Positions 1-12,509 of a stretch of 64,000 bases of DNA are shown here, piece by piece; position 1 is the first letter of the stretch; each line of letters begins with the position of its first letter. The translations under genes were made by a program, and so were the position numbers. The notes below the pieces were generated by a model. The model was not told the origin of the DNA, did no database searches, and saw only the letters and a list, made by a program, of their open reading frames with translations. Origin of the DNA: Mobula hypostoma (Eukaryota); the NCBI RefSeq assembly GCF_963921235.1, contig NC_086097.1, positions 140,308,001 through 140,372,000 of the forward strand, read 5' to 3'.

Positions 1-2339
1 TATAGTGAAGACAAGTTCAATATTAACATATTAAAAATGGGCATGGATCTTGCATAAGTGAAAAGACAATTTAGATTTAGTTTGGGTTGAATGATCTGTT
101 TCCCTGCTGTGTGACTATGACTTGTGGAGAAAGTTTATTGCTTGGAATACCACTGCAGAGAAAGGTAGCAGGGAAGTGGGGGAGGTGGGGAGCAGTGCAA
201 ACTGATTGCATCAGCCCATCAACAGTGTGTTGCATATGTATCTGGTGAACATTTTAACAGAGAATACATGTGGTAAAAGTATATATTCCCTAGACACTGG
301 GGGCAGGCAGGGACTTGTCTGGCCTTCTACATTCCTACGTTGGTGTGCAATAGTATAAGCATTTCAACTGTTACTGTGGCTATGGCTGTGTGATTGGAAT
401 TGCAGAAATAACATGTTAAGCTATCAATTTTTCAGAGAAAAATGTTAAGGATTTAATGGCGAGGCAAAACATTTGGGCTCAAGAGCTTCAGTAAAAACAA
501 AAACCGCACAAAGTTGCAGAAAACTGGTCAAGGAGGTGGCAGATGGAAATGCAATGACCGCCACTTCCGGACAAAGATCGCACTCTATGAGAATCAATTT
601 AAGATGCTGTACTTTTGTGTTTTATCTCCTTTTCATACAAACTGATCAGAAATAAGAGTTTAGTGTTCACATGTTTACATCTGCTTACCAACTTCAATAT
701 AGTTCACAAAGATTTGTGATAAATCTGTGGACAAAAAGATAAAACAGTAATCTAAAGATTTGTCAATTAATTTTTGATTAAATTACCAAGTTTTTAAGGG
801 CTTTTGTATAGGACGTGGTGGTAATGTCTATACTTTGATGGAAGTGTTCTGATAGTTGATATCTGTGAGGGGAAGAAATGTAAAGGTACCTGGAAATTGA
901 AAATTTTGATATGCTGAGCAAAAAAAAATTCTGCAAAAGTTCTCATTAAATTCAGTGAACTGTTAAAAAAAAATTACCAAGTTTTAAAGGCAACAGCTAA
1001 CCAAAGTAGTGACTAAGGCTAAATTTCCAGAGAAAGTACAGATGTTAATGTGATTGCAGAGAGATTGAAGCCACTTAAACACTTCTATTATTTTACTTAT
1101 TTCTTAACTTTAATTAAATTAAAGAAAACATATAAACAGATGAATTTATATGAAACCAGGAGAGAGCCACACACACTTTGATGTACTGAGTACAAATAGT
1201 AACAAGCAGGATATTCTGACCAGCCCTTCTGTCCTTGTTATGATTAAAGAAAAGCAGTTAGTTACCAAACTATAGGACAAGTTTAATAACCTAAGGAATC
1301 CTGGTGAGATGCTAATCTGGTATCACTACAAACCAGAGTTGAAATCGGCTTTCTCTCTGAATCTTAAATCTCTTACCACCTGTGAGAAATTTTAATGCTA
1401 AAATGACCTCCAATCAGTATCCACCAACACCAACTTCTCCCATCCACGCCAACAGGAAATGAAGAATCCTTTTATATTCACAATGGCAGGGTTTGGGGAC
1501 TAAACCTGATGACTCCCTTAAGCACCATCTACAGTCCTCAAAGTGAAACCATGGCAGCTCAAGGTATTAAGTTCCAGTTACACCTCATCAATCCCAACAA
1601 GAAAACTGAACATTACTTTTGTTAAGTACAATAGGCAAATTGATAAAAGCCACAATTAATGGCTCTATTTCCAACCTGAGAATTACCTGATACATAGATT
1701 ATCATTTAGTTTTGATGCTCAGCAGAGAATCCCAATCTACTTCTGACATCATGTGCTAAGCATACAGTTAACAAATCTTCCCTTTCAAATGCTAGCCCGT
1801 GGTTGTATTTCAACCAAACATACAAGCCTACAGAAACTGGAAAATGTTGAGTATGATATCCATTCCATTAAATTATGTTCTGATTCCTCTTGTAGCTCAG
1901 CAAATTTGAGCAGTTGAATCATCAAACCACAAGATTAAAGGTTAAACAACAACTCCAATTTATATAGCAACTCAATATAGAAAACAGGCCAGCTGTATTT
2001 GGGCATGAGGTACAGATATTGACTCTCTGTAGAGACTCAGGAGAAGCAATTAAGTCAGAGATGAGTTTTTAGAGAAAAAATTAAGATGAAACAAAAAACC
2101 ATGAGATCAATTATTTGCGGTGAATCTAGCTGGAAAAACATGAAAATTTGTCACTGATGCCAAAATAACAGGAAAGAGTCAGTCACAGGAGTCTAAAGTA
2201 AGACTATTGAGGAATCTATCATAGCAACAGTTGATCTATACACACAGATGTACTAAAATGGTGCTACATTTCAGGTCAAACAAAGTCTTGAGTAGTGACT
2301 TTGCAAAGCAAGAAAAAAATCAAGTGAATAAAAAGAGTA

Positions 2340-2505
2340 TCAGCCCGAAATATTTATTTCCCTCCAAATTGATGCTGCCTGACCTGATGAATTCCTCCAG
2401 CATTGTGTGTGTGTTTTGCTTTAAGTGAAAACAGAAAATGCTGGAAAACTTAGGCAAGTCAGGCAGCAACTGTAGATAAAGAAACAGTTACCCTTCTTCA
2501 GAACA
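2340..2505. mobile_element. Two degraded Penelope-like pseudo-LTR ends in opposite orientation
   Basis: 'cccgaaa...gatgctgcctgacctg...ctccagcattgtgtgtgt' (+) is followed by 'aaaatgctggaaaactt...gtcaggcagca' (-). Both match the pLTR motif seen in better-preserved copies elsewhere in the window. Confidence 0.6.
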
Positions 2506-4145
2506 GTGAGTGTGAGAGACAGAGCCCTCCCTCAGAAATAAAAGTTCTGTAGCTGCCTTCTTGCAGTCCTTGGAGTCCCTCAAGTGTTTCTATAGTAGAA
2601 CAGTACATTACAAAGGCAGTCACTGTAGTCTTCAATTGATTTAAAGACAAAAGAATAATGAAACTTTAGCACATCTGCAAAAACCAATGATTCTGATTTC
2701 CCCCCAGAAATGAGGATTAAGGCCATGTGGTAACACACAGACCACTTCTTACATGAGACTGGAACAACATTTCTAAATTGTATACAAGGTTTGTAAGCTA
2801 CCAAATGGACTTTCTGCGGAGGAATTTTCTCTCAAAGATAGCTGCATTGAATTGATTTTGAAGACTGCTTGAACTATGTTATCACAGACACAGGAAAATG
2901 AGGGTTTGATTGAGAACCATTAAACTCAAGTTAATGACAGGGTGACATGTAACCTACACTGAAACCAGTGAAGACGCAATTTCTGATAATTCCTTCATTG
3001 CACTTTGGATAGTTACTGCTGTGTGTGCAATCATCTGATCTTTAAAAAGCTGAAGGCATTTCATTGGCAAATTCAGATTTGCACCTTTAAACTAAAATAT
3101 TAAATACCTTTGTCTATAGAATATTGCAGAAAAAGCAGCTTGTTTTCTGAAACATCACTGTTGATCACCTTTTTACTGCCATAACTTCGCTTTGAAGAGT
3201 GAAAGAGATCAGGCAAGTCCATTTCTTTAGAAAAAGTGAAAAAGTAACAGTGTTTACCAGCTGCGTAAGGAATGTCTGTTTGTAATGCATCATTAACTTG
3301 GCTTTATTGCCAAACTGAACAGCATCTCTAAGGGACAATATGTAGTCACTATTGGCAGAATCTCCAAAATAGAAGAGGCTGGTACAACTCATTTCCTTTG
3401 TTTCCTTCTCTTCTACCACCAGAAGTGATTAAACTTAAGCAACAAAAACAGATAAAATGATGAATAGAACAAAGTGAACTGACTGTGCTTTGTGTGATCT
3501 GCCCTTCCCACTCACACTGATACTAATAAGCAATATGCCAACATCTTTAAACTGCAAACAAAAGAGCTCTGTATGAAAAAGAGCATCATGTTTAGACACA
3601 ACTAATGAAGAGTCACCAGTTATCAGTACAGATCATCAAAAAAGCAGAGGGCATGAAGCATGACACTTCTTTCACTGCTATCACTCCTCAGCCCCCATCC
3701 TCAAAACTTTATTGCACTCTGCTGTTTTTGTTGCTGTTTTCCTCTTATCTTTCCAATTAATCATCAAACTTGGTGGCCTAATGCAGTCAAGACAAAGATG
3801 TAATTTAGAAAGTGGTGGAAGTTAAGCCTAGCAATAACAAGTGACATTAAAGTCTTCTCAATCTTGAGAGCTCTGTCCACAGTAAAGATTTCAAATAAAT
3901 ACAGATTAGGTTACAAGTGTTGAATACAACAATTTACTCAATACTCACAATCCCTACTGGAAGCCATGCAGCTTCTCCAGCTAAGTATGCTAATTGCCTT
4001 TATGTGAAATGTCCTTACCACACTTTTCTGTGACAACATTACAACATTTCAGCCAGAGTCCAAGTTCTCTGAAGTGGTTCTCCATTGGGTGCAAAGAATA
4101 TACTTGCATGGAAGAGTTGTTTTAATGTGTCTTTAGTACTATACT

Positions 4146-4380
4146 ACAAACTGGCACACAAAAATGGTGGAGAAACTCAGAAGGTCAGGCAGCATCAATG
4201 GGGGGAAATTAACAGTCAACATTTTGGGCTGAGACACTTCATCAGGACTGGAAAGAAAGAGGACAGAAACCAGAATAAAAGGGTGGGAGGAGGGGGAAAA
4301 ACACAAGTTGGCACGTGATATGAAATTCTAGGTCAAAGGGAGAAGACGGGTGGGTGGGGGAGAGGAAGGGAGAAGTAGCC
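4146..4380 (-). mobile_element. Penelope-like element 3' end (pLTR with decayed hammerhead, purine-rich tract on +)
   Basis: 'cacaaaaatggtggagaaactcagaaggtcaggcagcatc...cagtcaacattttgggctgagacacttcatcaggactg' matches the reverse complement of the pLTR/hammerhead at 50226. Confidence 0.75.
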
Positions 4381-4399
4381 CTGTCCCTACACCACCATC

Positions 4400-4640
4400 C
4401 AAGACCATAAATAGTCCTCTCAGGTGAGGCAGCACTTCACATGTGAATCCATTGGCATTGTATTTTGCATCTAGTGCACTCGGTGTGACCTCCTCTACTA
4501 ACGTGAAACCCAACGAGGATTGGGAAACTACATCTTCAAGCACCTTTACACCATCCACTGTATCAGCTGGGATCTCTTGGTGGCCAGCTATTAATTCCAC
4601 TTCCCATTCCCACATTGATATGTCTGTCCACAGCTTCTTG
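4400..4640 (+). pseudogene. GIY-YIG endonuclease remnant of a Penelope-like retroelement
   Basis: Reading from 4421 gives QVRQHFTCESIGIVFCI*CTRCDLLY*RETQRGLGNYIFKHL, later NSTSHSHIDMSVH. This resembles the PLE GIY-YIG pattern (FTC..YCI.C..C.LLYIGET.R.L..RF.EH) and contains stops. Confidence 0.8.
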
Positions 4641-4781
4641 GCAGTACAGGCAGTTAGAGGAAGTGGAATGGAAATTCCACTTCCCATTCCCACATTGATA
4701 CAGCCTCTAGACAGTAAAGGACAGACATGTCAGTGTGGAAATAGGATGCAGATTAAAGCAACAGCATCTCACGTTTTGAGC

Positions 4782-5228
4782 AACACACACAAAATGTTGG
4801 AGGAACTCAGTAGGTCAGGAAGCATCCATGGAAATGAATAAACAACTGATATATTAGGCAGAGACACTTCTTCAGGATTGGAAAGGAAGAGGGAAGACAC
4901 CAAAATAAGAACGGTGGGGGAAGTGGAAGAGAATAGCTAGAAGGTGATAGGTGAAGCCAAGTGAATTGGAAAGGTAAAAGGCTGGAGAGGAAGGAATCTG
5001 ATAGGAGAGGAGAATGGACCATAGGAGAAAGGGAAGGAGGAGGGGACCCAGGGGGAGGTGAGTGGCAACTAACAAGAAATAAGAGGCCAGAGTGGGGAAT
5101 AGAAGAGGGGAGGGGGAGGGATTTATTTTTACCAGATAGAGGAATCAATATACATGACATCAGGTTGGAGGCTACCCAGACAGAATATAAGGTTTTGTTC
5201 CTCCACCATGAGGGTGGCCTCATGGGGT
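4782..5228 (-). mobile_element. Penelope-like element, 3' part (interrupted by CR1)
   Basis: The pLTR motif 'acacacacaaaatgttggaggaactcagtaggtcagg' is followed by a purine-rich tract and the reverse complement of the ORF C-terminus. The element resumes after the CR1 at ~7686. Confidence 0.75.
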
Positions 5229-5231
5229 AGT

Positions 5232-7683
5232 AATTGGAGTCAACGAAATGTTGGACAAACTGAATAAGAATTTTGCATCACTCTTCACTGTGGAAGACAC
5301 TAGCAGTATGGTGGAAGTTCCAGATGTCAGGGGTCATGAAGTGTATGAAGCTACCATAACTAGAGAGAGGTTTTTGGGAAACTGAAAGGTCTGAAGGTAG
5401 ATAAATCACCTGGACCAGATGGTGTACACCCCAGAGTTCTGGAAGAGGTGGCTGAAGAGATTGTGGAGGCATTAGTAATGATCTTTCAAGAATTACTAGA
5501 TTCTGGAATGGTTCTGGAAGACTGGAAGATTGCAAATATCACCCCACTATGCAGGAAAGGAGAGAGGCAGAAGAAAGGAAACTATCAGCTAGTTAGTCTG
5601 ACCTCAGTGGTTAGGAAGGTGTTGGAGTCGATTATTAAAGATGAGGTCTCAGGTTACTTGGAGGCACATGATAAAATTAGCCATAGTCAACATAGTTTCC
5701 TCAAGGGAAAATCTTGCTTGCTAAATCTGTTGGATTCTTTTAAGATATAACAAGCAGGATAGACAAAGTAGAATCGGCTGATATTGTGTATTTGGGTTTT
5801 TCAGAAGGCCTTTGACAAGGTGCCACACACAAGGCTGCTTCACAAGCTATGAGCCCATGGTATTACAGGAAAGATTCTAGCATGGATAAAGTAGTGACTG
5901 ATCGGCAAGAGGCAAAGAGTGGGAATAAAGGAAGCCCTTTCTGGCTGGCTGTCAGTGACTAGTGGTATTCAAAAGGGGTCTGAGTTGGGACCGATCCTTT
6001 TTACATTATGCATCAATAATTTGGAAGATGGAATTCAAAGTTCTGAGATGCAACGGGACTTGGGAGTCCTCATACAGGATACCCTTAAGGTTAACCCCCA
6101 GGTTGAGTCAGTGGTGAAGAAGGCGAATGCAATGTTGGCAGTCATTTCTAGAGGAATAGAGTATAGGAGCAGGGGTGTGATATTGAGGCTCTATAAGGTG
6201 CTGGTGAGACCTCACTTGGAGTACTGTGGGCAGTTTTGGTCTCCTTATTTAAGAAAGGATGTGCTGACGTTGGAGAGGGTACAGAGAACATTCACCAGAA
6301 TGATTCCTGGAATGAGAGGGTTAACATATGAGGAACGTTTGTCCGCTCTTGGACTGCATTCCTTGGAGTTTAGAAGAATGAGGGAAGACCTCATAGAAAC
6401 ATTTCGAATGTTGAAAGGCATGGACAGAGTGGATGTGGCAAAGTTGTTTACCATGATGGCGGAGTCTAGTACGAGAGGGCATGACTTAAGGATTGAAGGG
6501 CGCCCGTTCAGAACAGAAATGCGAAGAAATTTTTTTAGCCAGAGGGTGGTGAATCTATGGAATTTGTTGCCACAGGCAGCAGTGGAGGCCAAGTCATTGG
6601 GTGTATTTAAGGTAGAGATTGATAGGGACCTGAGTAGCCAGGGCATCAAAGGTTATGGTGAGAAGGCGGGGGAGTGGGACTAAATGGGAGACTGGATCAG
6701 CTCTTGATGGAATGGCGGCGCAGACTCGATGGGCCAAATGGCTGACTTCTGCTCCTTTGTCTTATGGTCTTATGGAATTGATGACTGTTGCAAAGTTTGC
6801 AGATGATATGAAGATCGGTAGTTTTGAGGAAGCAGAGGGGCTACAGAAGCTCTTGGACAGATTTGGAGAATGGGCAAAGAAATGACAGATGGAGTACAGT
6901 GTCGGGAAATGTATGGTCATGTACTTTGGTAGAAGAAGTGAACTGGTTGACTATTTTCTAAATGGAGAAAAAATACAAAAAACCTGAGGTGCAAAGGGAC
7001 TTGGGAGTCCTTGTGCAGGATTCCCTAAAGGTTATTTTGCAGGTTGAGTCTGTGGTGAGGAAGGCAAATGCGATATTAGCAGTCTTCTCAAGTGGATTAG
7101 AATATTAAAGCAAGGAGGTAATGTTGAGACTTTATAAAGCACAGGTGAGGCCTCACTTGGGATATTGTGAGCAGTTTGGGCCTCTTACTTAGAAAGGATG
7201 TGCTGAAACTGGACAGGGTTCAAAGGATGAGCACAAAAATGATTCCAGGATTGAATGGCTTGTCATATGAAGAGTAATTAATAGCTCTGAGCCTGTATTC
7301 ACTAGAATTCAGAAGAATAAGGGGTGACCTCGTTGAAACCAATTAAATGATGAATGGCCTTGATAGAGTGGATGTGGAGAGGATGCTAGACCAGAGGACA
7401 CAGCCTCAGAAAAAGAGGGGTGTCCTTTTGGATTGGAGATGAGGAGAAATTTCTTTAGCTAGTACTTGATGAATCTGTGGAAATCTTTGCCACAAGCAGC
7501 TGTGGAGGCCGAGTCTTTATGTATATTTAAGGCAGTGGTTGATAGATTCTTGATAGTTCAGGGCATGAAGGGATATGGGGATTGGGGATGAGAGGAAAAT
7601 TGGATCTTCCATGATGAAATGGCAGAGCAGACTTGATGAGCCAAATGGCCTAATTCTGCTCCTATATCTTCTGATCTTATGGT
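5232..7683 (+). mobile_element. CR1 LINE, 5'-truncated and degenerate, containing a nested CR1
   Basis: RT-domain peptides (EDWKIANITPL, NYQLVSLTSVV, KFADDMK), a 3' UTR hairpin and a 'cttatgg' tail. Confidence 0.9.
6036..6775 (+). mobile_element. Younger CR1 3' fragment nested inside a CR1
   Basis: ORF2 C-terminus (LVRPHLEYCGQFWSPY...GYGEKAGEWD) and tail 'cttatggtcttatgg'. ATGGAATT is duplicated at 6028-6035 and 6772-6779, and the host RT resumes after it. Confidence 0.9.
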
Positions 7684-7685
7684 CA

Positions 7686-8490
7686 TCATGGCACATGGAC
7701 TAATATGTCAGAACGGGAATGGGAATTAGGATGTTTGCCCACCAGGATGTTCCGCTATAGGCAGATAGAACAGAGATGATTGATTAAGCCGTCCCCAAAT
7801 TTATGACAGGTCTCTGCAGATTCGCAGATGAAGGATTGTCTGGGGCCCTGAGTGGAGGTGAGGGAGGAGTTGAATGGGCAGTTGTCAGCTTGTCTCCAGA
7901 GGTAGAGACAGAGCGATCGAGAAAGGGGAGGGAGATGTCAGAAATGGACTGAGTGAATTTAAGGGCATGGTGAAAGTTTCTGTCATATTCTCTTGGTAAT
8001 CTCCAACCTCAAAGCATCAGCAATGATTTCTCCTACTTCTGCTAATCTCTGCTTTTGTTCCCTATCCCTCATATTGTTTCCCTTATCCTTTGGCCTCATT
8101 ATCCTTCTCTTTCATCTCCCCTGCCCTCATGACCTGCATATCACCCACACTTTCTTCCCTCCAGTTCCTCACCTCATTCACTTTGTTCAGGATCTATTGT
8201 CCTGTATCATATTTGATCTTTTTCAATCCTTTCCCTCTTCCACCCACCACCTTCCAGCTTCTCACATCATTCCCAGTTCTCAACCTCCCTGCCCTGTCAT
8301 CTGGATTCAGACATCAGCTGCCAGTTTGTGTTCCTCACCCAGCCCCACTCTTTTATTCTGCCTTTGCCTTCTTCCTTTCCTGTCTTCAGCAAGAAATGGC
8401 TGTTCATTTCCTTCCATAGTTATGACTGACCTTCTGGGTTCCCCAGCACTTTAAGGGTGTTGCTCCATTCCAGCAACTACAGTCTCCCAA
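7686..8490. mobile_element. Penelope-like element continuation (- strand to ~7980) then inverted 3' part (+ strand ~7995-8490)
   Basis: 7686-7980 continues the minus-strand GIY-YIG region ('atgtcagaacgggaatgggaatt'). 7995-8490 is a pyrimidine-rich tract plus a degraded pLTR that mirrors 4782-5228. Confidence 0.6.
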
Positions 8491-9803
8491 GTCTACACGC
8501 TGTTGACAGCTGCCAGACAATTGCTTTTTGTTGTTTCAATCCTGAATGAACTGCCCATCTGTGGCAGCAACAATTTTCACCCATATGAAATTGATGCACA
8601 GGAATAGTACTTTATGAATTCTGTAAGGGTGACCTGTCCAGGAAGGAGCTGTGTGCATACGGCTTGAAGGATTCATTCACCACTGTCTGGGATCAGAGGA
8701 GTCACTCTAAAACATCTTGCATTAGGTAAAGGCTCTCCAACAACTGCGGACTCCTGTGAGGAAGATCAGAAGGCACAAAGCCAACTCAAGGATGCCAAAT
8801 GATAGCTGAGGTTAAGTTGGGGCATGGTGTAGCAGTGTCCAATTTTATATCAGTTGTGTCAGAAACTCTCTTTTGTACACTGTCGCAAGATAACCACATG
8901 TTTGAAGTTCAACTTTGAAACATTTTACCTCAACAACAGAAAAATTACAATGAAAGTATTACCTGTAAAATGCTGCAACTGATACCATGTGGTGACGTGA
9001 TAGATACACCCAGGTATCAGTTTACTAAGAATGGGTTCACGCACAGTGCCACTGTCTGTGCCAGGCAGCTGGTATTTAAACACTGCATTATGTGTCTTGC
9101 AATTTGAGTTGCAAAATTACAATTTTCCTCATGGGTTATCAAGGCTCTTAGTGGCTTGGGAAAATCAATGCAATTGGACTTGTTTTAGATCTGTAAGATA
9201 GAATTAGTCTCAAGCCTGACATGGCGAGGTTAGTAACTCTGCACTTGCTCTGTGTTGCATTTCACTAACAGCTGGAGAATGTAAAATTTATCTTGTAAAT
9301 TGTTGGATCAAGTAGGACTGAGGAATGAGAGACTGCTGCAACAAAGAAGTCCAAACCTTTTTAAAGTATGTAATCAAAAATATCAGCAAAGCTCCATTTA
9401 TTAAACTTCCTTTGTTCTATTTCTTTGAAACCTCTGTTATTGTCTGGGGCTTAAATAGCTAATTCGAACTGTATCTGTGCATTTACTGAATTGTGAATTT
9501 TGATCCTAAAACACCAATAGAACTTCTGTATTTAATGTAGTAAAGGAGTGGAGTAACTTAATGACCTTAAATCACAGGCCTTCATTCTTGGAGGTTTTAC
9601 TGATATATATCATTGGTTTTTGGTATATTAGAGTGTAGTATGTGTCAAATTCATTTAACAGAACTCACTTATTTTATCCACCAGGTATCAAGAAATTTGA
9701 AATCCCTTAGCAATTACCTTGTGCTAGAGCTGATGGAAATCAGAAGCAGCTTATAAATCTCAGGGAGCGGCTGATTTGTGGTTCATATTCAGGACAGATA
9801 TTA

Positions 9804-10490
9804 CATAGAAACATAGAAAACCTACAGCACAATACAGGCCCTTCGGCCCACAAAGCTGTGCCGCACATGTCCTTAACTGAGAAATTACCTAGGGTTATCC
9901 ATAGGCCTCTATTTTTCCGTGCTCCATGTACCTGTCTAGGAGTCTATTAAGCGACCCGATCGTATCCGCCTCCACCACCGTTGCCGGCAGCCCATTCCAC
10001 GCACTCACCATTCTCTGCATAAAACTTTACCCCGATATCTTCTCTGTATCTACTTCCAAGCACCTTAAAACTGTGCCCTCTCGTGCTAGCCATTTCAGCC
10101 CTGGGAAAAAGCCTCTGACTATCCACATGATCAATGCCTCTCATCATCTTATACACCTCTATCAGGTTACCTCTCACCCTCCGTCACTCCAAGGAGAAAA
10201 GGCCAAGTTCACTCAACTTATTCTCATAAGGCATGCTCCCCTATCCAGGCAACATGCTTGTAAATCTCCTCTGCACCCTTTCTATGGTTTCCACATCCTT
10301 CCTATAGTGAGGCAACCAGAACTGAGCACAGTACTCCAAGTGGGGTCTGACCAGGGTCCTATATAGCTGCTACATTACCTCTTACCTCGTAAACTCAATC
10401 CCATGATTGATGAAGGCCAATGCACCGTATGCTTTCTTAACCACAGAGTCGACCTGCGCAGCAGTCTTGAGTGTTCTATGGACTCGGACC
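9804..10490 (-). mobile_element. CR1 LINE 3' fragment
   Basis: Minus-strand peptide MRGNLIEVYKMMRGIDHVDSQRLFP and tail 'catagaaacatagaaa'. Same family as 12719-17697. Confidence 0.9.
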
Positions 10491-10599
10491 ACAAAATTGC
10501 TAAAATTATATTCGCTCTTCAAATTTTTTAAGAGTACAAGCTTTGCTTTTTTAAAGGAATGGAAGAGGTTAACACTTTACCAGATTTTCACAAAGAACT

Positions 10600-11560
10600 G
10601 AGCACATAGGAACAGGTGGAGCCAACTTAGTCCCTTGACTCTGTCTATCATTCAACAGAATTCAGATCATCTATGATCTCAGGTCTATTTACTTTCCAGA
10701 GTACACAATACTCCTGGCCAGCAAAAAAAAATTGGCTCCAAAATGATCAATTGAAGTAGCACACTGAACTTTTACAAGGAGAGTGCTGCACAGTTCCATA
10801 AAGTGCTCCACAGTTCCAGAGGGAAGTCGTCCTAAACTTCTCAAAGCGGCCTGGCTCTGATGTTACGGTCATGTTCTTTTGCTCTATGCTCCTCTCACCT
10901 TAACTAGTGAGAAATACTCTTGTGGTCATCCTATCAACTCCTTTCAAAATCTTAAAAACCTCCACCTGGTCATCCCTTAAATCTTTGTATTCAGTGGTTT
11001 CCACAGAATATAAAGGACAGAAAAATATGGCCTCTCACTCCAATATGCCTATGCTGCTATTAATAATAGCACAATAACCCTCGACCACCATAACACTCAG
11101 ACACTTACTTAGTCTCTATTTAATCTTAACAATTGTATCTTAATAATTTTCTCAAATATTCCTTGTGGTCTAAAGTTCCATATCTCAACTCTTATGGACA
11201 AAGAAATTTCTCTCGAGTTCCCGTCTGCAATTGTTAATATCCAACTTATATTTAGCCCTCTAGTTTTACTGTTACCCACATCTGGAAATGTCTATCAAGA
11301 CAATTTAGAAGTTTAGAAACCTATGTTAGATCACTCCTCAAATTTCTTTTCCAGAAAAAGTAGTCAACGTCTGTTTATCCTTTCCCATCAATATAGCACA
11401 TCATTTCTTGGCCTGTTGTAAATCCTGCTTATAATTCCTACAATCCCCAGACATCTTTTGCTATAACATGGCAATCAGATGTGTATATAGTGCTTCCAAT
11501 GAGATCTAATCATGGTGCAATAATGCTCAATACTGTTTCTCAATTGTCAATCTGCCTCTT
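10600..11560 (-). mobile_element. Old degraded CR1 3' fragments
   Basis: Weak similarity to the reverse-complement CR1 3' ends in this window ('cataggaacagg', 'cacagttcca', 'gtgcttccaatgagatctaatca'). Confidence 0.45.
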
Positions 11561-11705
11561 GATTAAAACATAGTTTCGCTACTAGCTTTATTAGCCTGTT
11601 TCACAACAACAAATCCTGTCAGAATCTGAAAAACCTGTAAAGGTATTCTTTATCTTTTTATATTCCAATAAATACAAATGGTTCATATATTCTTTTAGTA
11701 TGGGA

Positions 11706-12110
11706 TGGCATAATGGCACAGTTAGTAGAGCTACTGCATCATAGCACCAAAGTCCAAGGTTTGAATCCTGACCTCGGCTGTTCCCTGTGTGAAATATGCA
11801 CACTGCTCTTGTAACTGTGTGGTTCTCCTCAAGCTGTTCTAGTTTCTCCTGTATCCTTACAGCATAGTTTCTTGAGAATATTACTAGAGTTCAAGACTCA
11901 GATTATCAAAACCATGCAAGTTAGTTGGTTAATTGGCCCACTATAAATTACCCTTTGTGTAGGCAAGTGATAGAGTGGGGGGGGGGTGGTGACTGAAGAA
12001 AATTTAGAAAGAATAAAAACCTGGAATTAATATAGGATTAGTACAAAATTGGTGGTTTATGGTTGGTATGCACTGAATGGGCTAAAGTTACTGTTCCATT
12101 CTGATAACCT
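11706..12110 (+). mobile_element. tRNA-derived V-SINE/HE1-like SINE
   Basis: Head with A/B-box-like 'tggcacagttagt...ggtttgaatcc', V-domain-like core 'ctgtgtgaaatatgcac...', and CR1-like tail 'gggctaaag...ctgttcc'. Confidence 0.6.
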
Positions 12111-12509
12111 GAGTCTTGAAGCCATGTTAACATTCTCAGGAAGCAGTGTTGCTGTACTTCCAAGACCAGCTTGTCCTTTGTAAGCTGTGATGCCCCAAAC
12201 AAGCTGATCTCTCCAACAGCTGGGCCAGGAATGCAATTGTAAATTTACTTTATTATACTAAAGTGCAACAAAAACACCAGCCTGGATAACAACTCATAAT
12301 TGCTTTTGAGGGTCTAGAATGAAACAGAAAAGTGAACCTACATTTTAACTTGTTCATACCCCTTATTCCATCATTTGAAATATCCAAATTAATTTTTCAA
12401 ACAACTGCTTGAGCAGGTCTATTAGGAACCCACCATGCATTCCTGAAACAAAGTTTTACCTTAATCTAGGGTAACATATAGTATGACTGTCAATCAATAA
12501 GGAAATAGC

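Noticed and set aside
5919..6683. 254-aa ORF as a gene
   Set aside because: It is a chance in-frame fusion of the host CR1 RT segment with the nested CR1 C-terminus at 6035/6036.
7993..8454. Hydrophobic ORFs as membrane proteins (also 4807-5223)
   Set aside because: They are translations of the pyrimidine-rich Penelope 3' tract.
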